From: Bacillota bacterium
Lineage (GTDB): Bacteria; Bacillota; Ch66; Ch109
Direction of reading: 5' to 3'
DNA: 64,000 bases
NCBI GenBank assembly: GCA_050952625.1
Contig: JBMNLH010000001.1
Coordinates: forward strand, 1,120,001 to 1,184,000
Positions within the stretch are counted from its first letter, which is position 1, and each line of letters opens with the position of its first letter. Below are positions 8,311 through 17,277 of the stretch, piece after piece. The position numbers and the translations under genes were made by a program. The notes under the pieces were generated by a model. That model saw only the letters and a list, made by a program, of their open reading frames with translations, had not been told where the DNA came from and made no database searches.

Positions 8311-9141
8311 TTATTCGTCTTCTGCCAGGGTTCGGACAATGTCGGGAATAACTGTTTTGGCAACATCAGGATCGCCTCCGCCGCTGAGGGCCCAAAGCAG
8401 AGGCCGACCATTCGCGTACGTTTTCACCTTTTTCGCCAGCAACGGATAAGTAGGATCCCATAAACAAAAACCGCCATAATCCAGGTAATGAGAATCATGA
8501 CCGAATATCACAATCATTAGGTCGAAGTCATAGTCTGGTTTTAGAGAAACCTCTAGTGTCTCTAGAAATTCCTCATCCCAGCCCATCCTAAGGGCATAGT
8601 CGTAATTGTTCAGTTTCGAATCCAGATGGGAGGTCATCTCCTGGCAAAAATTAATGTGAATAACATCCGGATCATCGTGAAAAAACTCTCTGGTTCCGTC
8701 GCCAAAATGCGGATCAACATCAAGGATGAGAAAACGCTGCATTCCTTCTTGACGGAGCTTATTAATAGCTATTGCCGCATCATTCAAATAGCAGTATCCC
8801 CAAAATTTAGATCGACCGGCATGATGGCCGGCACAACCAGTATAAGAAAAAACAGATTTAAAGGTTTTGGAAGCAACGAGCTGGGCTCCTTGCAGAACGC
8901 TTGCCGCAGATAATAGCGCGTTGTTGTAGAATCCAGTCTGGATAACTTTTTGCAGGTATACAGGGGTATGTACTTGATTAACGGATTCTACAAGCTCTGA
9001 TGAAATCTGAGGAGTAAAAACTTTAATATTTTTTTCTTCAATAACCTTTTTGAGAGAATTGAATGACGGAATTATTCTTTTTTTTAAAACCGGGTCACCA
9101 AAAAGTCCAAATTCTTCGTGATAGGTAACTGCCACGCTCAT
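8311..9141 (-). CDS. Histone deacetylase/AcuC/acetylpolyamine amidohydrolase family protein
   Basis: GHHAG, GYCYLND.AIA, DVDPHFGDGT and GHDSH. Start placed at ATG 9141 after GGGAGGG. Confidence 0.8.
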   Translation of the reverse strand: MSVAVTYHEEFGLFGDPVLKKRIIPSFNSLKKVIEEKNIKVFTPQISSELVESVNQVHTPVYLQKVIQTGFYNNALLSAASVLQGAQLVASKTFKSVFSYTGCAGHHAGRSKFWGYCYLNDAAIAINKLRQEGMQRFLILDVDPHFGDGTREFFHDDPDVIHINFCQEMTSHLDSKLNNYDYALRMGWDEEFLETLEVSLKPDYDFDLMIVIFGHDSHYLDYGGFCLWDPTYPLLAKKVKTYANGRPLLWALSGGGDPDVAKTVIPDIVRTLAEDE

Positions 9142-9387
9142 TATATACCCTCCCGAAACCAAATATTTTTTGATAGGATTCAGGATAATCCATATTAGTG
9201 AACCACATAATAACATTATATTATTTTTATTGCCTGGCGACAAAGGTTATGTTAAGCCAGACGACCAAAATAATTAATGTCAGAATAGTCTGGTTAAATA
9301 CATGTGTATTTCTTTTGCTTGTGGTATAATAAGGTTAGTAAGAAAATGTAACTATTTCAAAGTAGGAGTCCGAAAGGAGGGGGTCGT

Positions 9388-9888
9388 ATGTCAAGTGTCA
9401 ATGATGCCCTGCTACCCATGACGACTCACTTGGAAGAAATCTCTAACGTCCTGCGGCAGACTTTGGATACGCCGATTGCCATGAATCCCGTTAATAAAAA
9501 AGAACAGGTGGACTTTTTATCCCGAACTTATTGGTGGAGAACCGATACAACTAATCCAGTCTTTAGGGGACAACGATCTTTTAACTATGTCCAGTTGCAA
9601 GTAGAGTTTGATATTGGGTTAAAAACTGTTTATATTGACTTTTTGTGTATCCCAGATGCTCAGAAGGGTCAGGGTAAAGGGAAAAGAATCATGGATAAAA
9701 TAATTGAGATCACTAGAATGCTGGGCTATACTTGCATAAAACTTGAAGCTCAAGAAAGTAGTGTGCCTTTTTGGCTTCGTGTAGGATTTAAGGCACTTGA
9801 TCCAACAAGTTCTCGCTTCCCCAAGGCTATGGTTTTTTTATTACAAAAGAAAGAATACGAAAACGATCGATATGCTATGGCTCAATAA
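9388..9888 (+). CDS. GNAT family N-acetyltransferase
   Basis: Acetyl-CoA motif QKGQGKGKRIM and SVPFWLRVGF; strong RBS AAGGAGG. Confidence 0.75.
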   Translation: MSSVNDALLPMTTHLEEISNVLRQTLDTPIAMNPVNKKEQVDFLSRTYWWRTDTTNPVFRGQRSFNYVQLQVEFDIGLKTVYIDFLCIPDAQKGQGKGKRIMDKIIEITRMLGYTCIKLEAQESSVPFWLRVGFKALDPTSSRFPKAMVFLLQKKEYENDRYAMAQ

Positions 9889-9966
9889 AATATTTAAGTA
9901 AATTCTTACCAAAAAATGCTATAGAAGATACTTCATATATAGGAGGAATCGTGGTATAATAGTAAC

Positions 9967-10340
9967 GAAGGCAGGGATAAGATGATAAGACGGGTTCCGA
10001 AAGGAACCAAATAAAGAGAAGGGAGGAGGGGTTACCGGCAAGTTGCAGTGCGGAATATCTTGTCTAAGGATGTCAACGGGAGATTGGTTGAATCAAGTTG
10101 CGAACAATCCTAAACAGGTCCGTTGCAGTTCCAAAATTAAGAGAAACGAGGTATCAAGCAAAAGCAAGTCGGTATCCTCAGGCGATTAGTGTTAGTGGTA
10201 GAACAAAAAGAGTATAACGCAGAATACGAAAGACCGTCCTGTTGATTTTGCTTCCAGAACTCACAAGGAAGCAGGTAGCCCTCCAAGCGGGTAGAATACA
10301 GGGCGGTCTTATATTGTCTGATGCATCTGTCCTTTATTTT
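9967..10340 (+). ncRNA. Unassigned large structured ncRNA candidate (~370 nt)
   Basis: Own promoter (TTCATA-17-TATAAT, TGn extended), no credible ORF, 5'/3' end pairing and several nested stems (see findings). Confidence 0.55.
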
Positions 10341-10351
10341 GGTTCTTATTA

Positions 10352-10882
10352 TCACATTTTATTTTTATCACATTTATTTACCGAGTGTTCTGATAAGATT
10401 AGTTTAACGGCCACTTCGTCACAATTAGGAAATTTAATACAGTTGACGCAGTCGACCCACACTTTTTGCGGAAATATATCTTTGGAGACAACCATAAACC
10501 CGCATTTTATAAAAAATTCCGGTTTATAAGTTAGAGCAAAGATATCCTTTACTTCTAGTTGAATAGCTTCCTTTTTCAAAAATTCTAAAAGCTGGCGCCC
10601 AATACCTTTTTTGGTTACCCCGGGTTCGACCGCGAGGGATCGCACTTCGCCTAAATTATCCCAAATTATATGAAGAGCTCCGGTGCCTACTAGGCGGTCA
10701 CCATCAAAGGCAACCACAAAATCGCGGATTGTTTCATACAAAACACCTAAAGAGCGGGGTAGCAATAATTCTTGTTGTGCATAGGAGTTCACCAAATTAA
10801 AAATCTCCGGAACATCTGATAGGGTGGCTTTACGTAAAATAATTTGATTGGTGGCTGTCATTAAAATGTGCCTTCCTTTCAT
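10352..10882 (-). CDS. Short ArgA-type amino-acid N-acetyltransferase (GNAT)
   Basis: LRKATLSDV..I..LVNSYA...LLLPRS, EVRSLAV, FALTYKPEFF and C-terminal WxDCxxCxKFPNCDE. Confidence 0.8.
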   Translation of the reverse strand: MKGRHILMTATNQIILRKATLSDVPEIFNLVNSYAQQELLLPRSLGVLYETIRDFVVAFDGDRLVGTGALHIIWDNLGEVRSLAVEPGVTKKGIGRQLLEFLKKEAIQLEVKDIFALTYKPEFFIKCGFMVVSKDIFPQKVWVDCVNCIKFPNCDEVAVKLILSEHSVNKCDKNKM

Positions 10883-11097
10883 GTACCAATATCTCGAGTG
10901 TTATCTTTTTCAGTAATAACTGGGTACTGCAATTAGCATTACAAATATTAACATCGTAGCGCAACCCATAATATACTGCTATTATGATAACAGATTTAAT
11001 ATCTCTAAGGGTAGCTTGATTAAGCATAAATTATATATTTTCTAATAATGAGAATAGACTAGCTGTTGCTGGGGAATAAAAACTAGGAGGGATTTAC

Positions 11098-11862
11098 GTG
11101 CTGTTAAGCCGTTTTATAGTTAACGATGCAGTGCGCTACGGAATAGTAGAGGAAGATATGATATCTCCCATCCAAGGAGATCCTTTTGGGGAGTTGGTTC
11201 GTACTGGCGAAAAACTAAAGCTGTCGGAGGTAATTCTTCTATCCCCGTGTCAACCAAGTAAGGTTGTTTGTGTTGGCTTGAACTATGCCGACCATGCTGA
11301 AGAACTGAACCTAAACTTATCAAAGGAGCCACTTTTATTTTTAAAACCTCCAAGTGCCGTTATTGGCCCGGGCGATTTTATTATCTGTCCAAACGCCTGT
11401 CAACAGTTGGACTATGAAGGAGAACTGGCCGTAGTAATACGGGAAAAGGCGAAAAATGTATCAGTCGAAGAAGTACATAAGATAATCTTAGGATATACTT
11501 GCGGCAATGATATTACGGCGCGAGATTTGCAGCGACTAGACGGACAGTGGACCCGAGCTAAATCGTTTGATACCTTCTGTCCGTTGGGGCCTTGGATAAA
11601 TAATGAGTTAGATCCAACGAAAATCGACATTAAATTATGGGTCAATGATGAGTTGAAACAAAATTCGAATACTAGTCAAATGATTTTTCCAGTCGATTTT
11701 CTAATAAGTTATATCAGTCGAATCATGACGTTATGCCCAGGTGATGTTGTACTAACGGGAACTCCATTTGGGGTGGGTTCGGTCAAGTCCGGGGACCGGA
11801 TAACCGTTGAAATTGAAGGATTGGGCCGGTTGACCAATCAGGTGAAAACCGAAGGATTTTAA
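11098..11862 (+). CDS. Fumarylacetoacetate hydrolase family protein
   Basis: KVVCVGLNYADH, DYEGELAVVI, NDITARDLQ, KSFDTFCPLGP and GDVVLTGTP. Confidence 0.9.
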   Translation: MLLSRFIVNDAVRYGIVEEDMISPIQGDPFGELVRTGEKLKLSEVILLSPCQPSKVVCVGLNYADHAEELNLNLSKEPLLFLKPPSAVIGPGDFIICPNACQQLDYEGELAVVIREKAKNVSVEEVHKIILGYTCGNDITARDLQRLDGQWTRAKSFDTFCPLGPWINNELDPTKIDIKLWVNDELKQNSNTSQMIFPVDFLISYISRIMTLCPGDVVLTGTPFGVGSVKSGDRITVEIEGLGRLTNQVKTEGF

Positions 11863-11981
11863 AAAAATCCGTTGACAAATTATGATAATATGCTAGAATT
11901 CTATTGTGATTGGAATGGATGCCCTTATTTGAGAAATAAGGAGGAAATTCCAGTTTCATTTTGTGGAGGGGGGAGATAGTT

Positions 11982-12356
11982 ATGAGTGCATTGGGCCGTC
12001 ACGTACTCGCAGAACTTCATGGATGCCGATTTGATGTACTCAACGATATTGACAAAGTTGAGAGAATAATGATCAATGCGGCACTTGAAGCTGGAGCAGA
12101 GGTGCGTGAGTATGTGTTTCATAAGTTTAGTCCACAAGGGGTAAGTGGGGTTGTGGTGATTTCAGAGTCCCATCTAGCTATTCATACCTGGCCAGAATTG
12201 GGATATGCAGCCGTAGATGTCTTTACCTGCGGAAACACGGTTAATCCATGGGATGCCTGCAACTACCTAACGGAACAATTTGAAGCAGGACATGTAACTG
12301 CTAATGAATTATTAAGAGGGCAGTTAGTTCCGCAAAAGGTAGCCGTAAATTTATAG
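11982..12356 (+). CDS. speD: S-adenosylmethionine decarboxylase proenzyme
   Basis: [17 protein letters not shown]|[21 protein letters not shown] (ESH autocleavage site). Promoter TTGACA-17-TAGAAT at 11872-11900. Confidence 0.95.
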   Translation: MSALGRHVLAELHGCRFDVLNDIDKVERIMINAALEAGAEVREYVFHKFSPQGVSGVVVISESHLAIHTWPELGYAAVDVFTCGNTVNPWDACNYLTEQFEAGHVTANELLRGQLVPQKVAVNL

Positions 12357-12401
12357 GAGGGATATTTATTTTAGCCCGCAAAAAAAAGAATAAAGGTTAG
12401 T

Positions 12402-12452
12402 CTAAGCCCTTGTAACGCGATGAGACGAGTGTTACCAAGGGCTTTAGTTTTT
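12402..12452 (+). terminator. Terminator after speD
   Basis: AGCCCTTGTAAC...GTTACCAAGGGCT followed by a T-run. Confidence 0.55.
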
Positions 12453-12601
12453 TATGGGCTTGTAATAATTAGAGCTATTGCTTATTATATTGGAGGTAGC
12501 CATTGATAAGAATTTCAATTAACAGTAAACTTACTGAGATACCATTTACCGTTTTCAACGGAGGAGAATGGCCTTTTTGGCAAATGCTTTATACGAAAAC
12601 A

Positions 12602-12629
12602 GCAGGAATTTTGTGTTATCATGTAGAAT
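12602..12629 (+). promoter_or_regulatory. SigH-type promoter (quinone operon)
   Basis: GCAGGAATTT...GTAGAATA with 18-bp AGGA-GAAT spacing. Confidence 0.55.
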
Positions 12630-12663
12630 ATGATAATGCTTTGTCGAGAAAGGGGAAACGGAT

Positions 12664-13548
12664 GTGGGTGTTGGGGTGTGGGAATTATTTAGACCAGCGA
12701 TGATCAAAGGCAGACAAAACTGCGATAGCCTATTACGATTTAAAAATGGAAAGATTAGTGATTATTTAGAGGTTGATCTCGACTCTTTACCATTACGTTA
12801 CCTGTCAGCACTAGTACTTATTGGTGCTTATTATTATAGCAGTCGACAGATTGAGGGTAACGGTCTGGCTACTTGGTTGCGGGGAAACCCTATCAACCCA
12901 AATTTGACGGATTCAATATCGAATCATCAAGAAAAATTTTGGATTCAACAGGTAATTGGGATGGGAACTATTCTGCAGTTAATGTATTTGGCGGCCGAGG
13001 TGCATAACCAGATTAAAGACAATGAGGGTAGTTCCGCCCTTAACTCTGCGTTTAAAGAAGAAACTCCTCATTTTCCGGTGTTGTTTGGTGATTTCATTTT
13101 TGGCAAGCTGTTGAAGTTATTGGGTGAGATTGACTGTATTGATCGGGTTTCAGAACTAGCTGATATTATATGTCAGATTAATGAAGGCGCAATTCTAAGA
13201 AAAGAAATATTAGAAACCGGCCGAGGTGATCGTGAGAGTACTGTGGTAATTCTGGATAAGGAATTTGGTCATCTTTTTTTTGAGGCTGGTCAGATTGGTG
13301 TCTTAATGGCCGGTGGTTCTCTCGTAGAAGCTAATCATTTAGGCTGTTTTGGAAAACATCTAGGCATTATTATTGGGGCAATCGAAAGACGTTTTGATGA
13401 TTCTATCGTAGAACTGGGACGTCGAGAAGCTATTCGTAGTCTAGCCCTTTTGCCTGAAGGCTGGCTGCGCGAAGCAGCTCAACAGTTAGTAAGGGAAATG
13501 ACAATCGGTATTAATCACGAGAGATTGGCGGTAGCTAGCGGAGAGTAA
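12664..13548 (+). CDS. Polyprenyl synthase-like protein lacking DDxxD motifs (probable non-catalytic subunit)
   Basis: Fold remnants VLFGDFIF, ICQINEG and GCFGKHLG. The FARM position reads EVHNQIKD. Confidence 0.65.
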   Translation: MGVGVWELFRPAMIKGRQNCDSLLRFKNGKISDYLEVDLDSLPLRYLSALVLIGAYYYSSRQIEGNGLATWLRGNPINPNLTDSISNHQEKFWIQQVIGMGTILQLMYLAAEVHNQIKDNEGSSALNSAFKEETPHFPVLFGDFIFGKLLKLLGEIDCIDRVSELADIICQINEGAILRKEILETGRGDRESTVVILDKEFGHLFFEAGQIGVLMAGGSLVEANHLGCFGKHLGIIIGAIERRFDDSIVELGRREAIRSLALLPEGWLREAAQQLVREMTIGINHERLAVASGE

Positions 13549-13564
13549 TAATTGGAGCATAGGT

Positions 13565-14491
13565 ATGAGCAAACTAACTTCAACCCAATTGAATAATAAT
13601 GCGGCGTTTCCGTCACAATCAGCGATTGAAATAGGCTTACTAACTCGGATAGGTTATTTTTTGCGCATGGTTGACATCGGACATACACTATTTGCCTTGC
13701 CCTTTGCTTATCTCGGTGCTTTTTTAGCTGCCGGCGGAATTCACACTCTAACTGATTTATGGTGGATAACGGTGGCGATGGTTGGAGCAAGAACAGCTGC
13801 CTTATGTTTAAACCGAATGATTGACCGGCATATTGATGCTCGAAATCCGCGAACTGCTGGATGGATACTGCCCCAGAGACTGGTATCGTTAAGTGCTGTA
13901 TGGGGTTCAATTTTCGTTTCGTTTTTCTTAATGCTATGGGCTGCAGCTAAGCTTAACCCGTTATGTGTTAAATTAGCTCCTTTAGCCGTGATGGTGCTGG
14001 TAATCTACTCGTATACTAAACGGTTCACCTGGACCTGTCATTTGATTCTTGGTTTAGCTATTGGGCTAGGGCCATTAGGTGCTTGGATAGCCATTACAGA
14101 AAGCATAGCTTGGACACCAGTTTTAGTTTACCTGGCGGTCGCTTTCTGGATAGCTGGTTTTGATATGATGTATGCCTGCCAGGATGAAGAGTTTGACCGG
14201 CAGGAAGGTTTGTATTCCGTACCGGCGCGCTTCGGAACCCCGGCCACCCTCAGGATTTCAACAATATTACATGGGCTTACCATATGTCTATTAATAGGCG
14301 TAGGAGTTATCCAGGGGCTGGGTTGGCTATACTACATTGGAATAGGCATAGCTGCGACTATTCTCTGTTACGAGCATTGGTTGATAACGCCAAATGACCT
14401 TAGTAAGATGCATACGGCCGCCTTTCAGTTGAATCGATATGTAAGCTTAATCTTGTTTGTTTTTACCTTGATTGACTTAGTTTGGATTTAG
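13565..14491 (+). CDS. UbiA-family prenyltransferase (MqnP-like, menaquinone futalosine route)
   Basis: HTLFALPFAY, ARTAA..LNRMIDRHIDARNPRT, YSYTKRFT and GFD..YACQD.EFD. Confidence 0.85.
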   Translation: MSKLTSTQLNNNAAFPSQSAIEIGLLTRIGYFLRMVDIGHTLFALPFAYLGAFLAAGGIHTLTDLWWITVAMVGARTAALCLNRMIDRHIDARNPRTAGWILPQRLVSLSAVWGSIFVSFFLMLWAAAKLNPLCVKLAPLAVMVLVIYSYTKRFTWTCHLILGLAIGLGPLGAWIAITESIAWTPVLVYLAVAFWIAGFDMMYACQDEEFDRQEGLYSVPARFGTPATLRISTILHGLTICLLIGVGVIQGLGWLYYIGIGIAATILCYEHWLITPNDLSKMHTAAFQLNRYVSLILFVFTLIDLVWI

Positions 14492-14546
14492 AGTGGATTA
14501 ATCAATTTCATTTATTTATAAATACTGTCAGGAGGTCAGCTCCTCA

Positions 14547-15197
14547 TTGGGAGATTATATAATTGCGATAACCGGAGCCAGTGGATCAGCCTACGCTCGT
14601 CGTCTTGTAGAGTTGTTAATCAAAAAGGGGCATGATGTTCTGCTTACTATATCGAATGCCGGACAAATAGTGCTCCAGGAGGAGTTGGGATGGAAGGTTG
14701 CCGGTAATCCCGTTCAGATTGCAGAGCAACTGATGCGTTATCTGGGATTTGCCGAATTGCCAACCTTGCCGCATGTTCACAACGGGAAAAAGATAACGGG
14801 AAAATTAACTTACTACGATCCACAGAATATCGGGGCACCAATCGCCAGCGGTTCGGTACCGACAAAAGCAATGATTATCATTCCTTGCTCAATGGGCACC
14901 ATCTCTGGCATAGCTTGCGGAGCCTCGTCCAATTTGATTGAGCGGGCGGCTGATGTAGTGTTGAAAGAGAGGCGGCCGTTAATTGTGGTCCCTCGTGAAA
15001 CACCACTTAATGCTATTCACCTGCGTAATCTGTTAACTCTGGCAGAATTAGGCGTTCATGTTGTTCCAGCCATGCCGGCCTTTTATCATCGACCAGAGAA
15101 AATCCAGGATTTAATAGATTTTATGGTGGGGCGGATCCTTAATCTGCTGGAAATTGAACACAATCTTTTCCAACGTTGGCCGGGAGGTTCAAATTAA
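14547..15197 (+). CDS. ubiX: Flavin prenyltransferase UbiX
   Basis: AITGASGSAY, PIASGS, PCSMGT, RAADVVLKERR..VPRETP and PAMPAFYHRP. Confidence 0.92.
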   Translation: MGDYIIAITGASGSAYARRLVELLIKKGHDVLLTISNAGQIVLQEELGWKVAGNPVQIAEQLMRYLGFAELPTLPHVHNGKKITGKLTYYDPQNIGAPIASGSVPTKAMIIIPCSMGTISGIACGASSNLIERAADVVLKERRPLIVVPRETPLNAIHLRNLLTLAELGVHVVPAMPAFYHRPEKIQDLIDFMVGRILNLLEIEHNLFQRWPGGSN

Positions 15198-15203
15198 AAA
15201 GTA

Positions 15204-16172
15204 ATGAAGACCATTTATCTGTTTGAAGAAATAGCCGATGATATCCAGAAGGTTGAGGAAGAACTCCAAAACTTAGTTGAAACGGAGATTCAGATCTTAT
15301 CTAATGCATCTGCCCATCTGCTGCGAGCTGGTGGTAAACGGTTGCGTCCAGCCTTTGTTTTGCTAGCGGGTAAGTTTCACAATGATTCTCGGGATAAGCT
15401 GATACCTTTAGCGGTAGCCCTGGAACTGATTCATATGGCCAGTTTGGTACATGATGATGTTATAGATGCCTCGATGACTAGGCGAGGGGTTCCGACGGTT
15501 AAAGCCTGCTGGGGTAATCGGATTTCCATGCATACCGGTGACTATTTATTTGCTCGGGCCCTACAATTGGTCTCCCAGTACGATGATCCTCGAATTATCA
15601 GGATTCTAGCAGATGTAAGTGTTAAAATGGTTGAGGGTGAGATTCAACAGATTATTACTGCGTTTGATGTTGAACAGGGTTTAAAGGATTATTTATACCG
15701 GATTAAACGTAAGACCGCGATTTTAATCTCAACTAGTTGTGGTCTCGGGGCTATTGCCAGCGGAGCCCCGCCGGAAATAGTTCGCGGGTTAACACGTTAT
15801 GGGCACTATGTAGGGATGGCCTTTCAGATTACAGATGATTTGTTGGATTTTACTTCCACTGAAAAAGAGCTGGGTAAGGCAGTCGGCAGTGATCTAAGTC
15901 AGGGCATAATTACCTTGCCCGTAATCTATACCTTAAGATCGGGGTTTCCCGGTATAAGGCTACGTGAATTAATCAAGGACATTGAACAGGGAGGAGACGG
16001 CTTGGCTGAAGCCCTGGAAATTGTCCGTAAAGGCCCCGGTATTTTGGCTTCCTATAACTTGGTTGACCGTTATGTTGAGAAAGCCAAACAAGAACTGCGG
16101 TGGTTACCACCGACGCCAACCCGGGACACTCTGTCTAACATTGCTGATTTTATTAGCAACCGTCAGTTTTAA
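15204..16172 (+). CDS. hepT: Heptaprenyl diphosphate synthase catalytic subunit
   Basis: GGKRLRP, LVHDDVID..TRRG, KT motif and FQITDDLLD. Confidence 0.85.
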   Translation: MKTIYLFEEIADDIQKVEEELQNLVETEIQILSNASAHLLRAGGKRLRPAFVLLAGKFHNDSRDKLIPLAVALELIHMASLVHDDVIDASMTRRGVPTVKACWGNRISMHTGDYLFARALQLVSQYDDPRIIRILADVSVKMVEGEIQQIITAFDVEQGLKDYLYRIKRKTAILISTSCGLGAIASGAPPEIVRGLTRYGHYVGMAFQITDDLLDFTSTEKELGKAVGSDLSQGIITLPVIYTLRSGFPGIRLRELIKDIEQGGDGLAEALEIVRKGPGILASYNLVDRYVEKAKQELRWLPPTPTRDTLSNIADFISNRQF

Positions 16173-16173
16173 C

Positions 16174-16289
16174 AGTGAACTCGTTCAGCATTGCTGAACA
16201 TCGAAGCTTCAGATGGAACTCTACTTCACCTGAAGTTTTAACAAGGTAACCCCCCACTAATAGAAGTGGGAGTCTTTGATTCTGATAAA
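16174..16289 (+). repeat. MITE-like repeat, copy 3
   Basis: Close match to copy 1; begins immediately after the hepT stop. Confidence 0.85.
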
Positions 16290-16314
16290 ACGCTAACCGG
16301 AGAGGGGTTCGACT

Positions 16315-17064
16315 GTGGCTGTAGAAAAGTCGATGTCCTGGATTGCTCATTTGGAGGAATTGAGACGGGTATTAGTAGTTTCACTAATCGCTTTATTAGT
16401 CGCAACTTTTGGTTGTTTTTTTTACAGTAACTATTTATTAACCTTGCTGGAGCGACCAATCGCTTCCTTAAATCTGCCTTTGTATTTTACCGCAGTTGGG
16501 GAAGGTTTTTTTGTAAAAATTAACCTTGCCCTCTACGCCGGGTTTGTTGTTGCCTTCCCAATTATTGCCTGGCAGATTTGGCGCTTTATTGTCCCGGCTC
16601 TCTATCCGCATGAAAAACGATATATCATGATTTTGGTACCAGTTTCCGTCCTCTTGTTTGGCACCGGCGTTGTTTTTTCTTACTTTTTTGTTTTGCCGGT
16701 GGCGATTAAAGTCCTAATTCAAATAGCTGGTCAATTAGAACCTATCCTGACCGTCAAACAGTACCTGTCTTTTTGCATGACTTTTTTAATCCCCTTTGGC
16801 CTTGTTTTTGAAATGCCGATCATCGCTATGTTTTTAACGCGGATTGGTGTGGTGACTCCGAAATGGCTGGCCAGTAAAAGAAAGTACGCCTTGCTGATTA
16901 TCTTCATTTTAGCCGCCGTGTTAACCCCCGGACCTGATCCGCTGTCGCAACTGCTAATGGGCGGACCAATGTATGTCTTGTATGAAGTTAGCATTCTCGT
17001 ATCTTATTTAGTCAGGGTTAAGAAGAAAAAAGCAGAAGAAATGTTTGCGGATCAAAGCGAATAA
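16315..17064 (+). CDS. tatC: Twin-arginine translocase subunit TatC
   Basis: HLEELRR, QIWRFIVPALY.HE, FGLVFEMP and AAVLTPGPDP.SQ..M..PM..LYE. Confidence 0.95.
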   Translation: MAVEKSMSWIAHLEELRRVLVVSLIALLVATFGCFFYSNYLLTLLERPIASLNLPLYFTAVGEGFFVKINLALYAGFVVAFPIIAWQIWRFIVPALYPHEKRYIMILVPVSVLLFGTGVVFSYFFVLPVAIKVLIQIAGQLEPILTVKQYLSFCMTFLIPFGLVFEMPIIAMFLTRIGVVTPKWLASKRKYALLIIFILAAVLTPGPDPLSQLLMGGPMYVLYEVSILVSYLVRVKKKKAEEMFADQSE

Positions 17065-17101
17065 ATAAATGAAGAACTGTCGAAAAAAAGCGATTATGCG
17101 A

Positions 17102-17128
17102 GAAGGATTTTAAAGGATTATATTGAAT
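17102..17128 (+). promoter_or_regulatory. SigH-type promoter of the fdn operon, with upstream Spo0A-like box
   Basis: GAAGGA-17-GAAT; TGTCGAA at 17078. Confidence 0.45.
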
Positions 17129-17277
17129 AAATAATATGGTGTATAACTCTGTCTTTTGGACAATTGAATAAACAAGTTTAGTCCGATAACCTTGATGTGG
17201 AGGGTGGTGATATATCAACTAGCGCGACCTTGTTTTTTGTGTTTTCAAGATGTTGGGAGGGAAAGGAGAGAGATGTA

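Noticed and set aside
9967-10340. RNase P, tmRNA, SRP, 6S or T-box identity; ORFs 10137..10355 and 10242..10529
   Set aside because: No GAGGAAAGTCC/CGGCTTA, no tRNA-like ends or tag peptide, no SRP GGAA loop motif and no T-box sequence. The ORFs lack an RBS and recognisable motifs.
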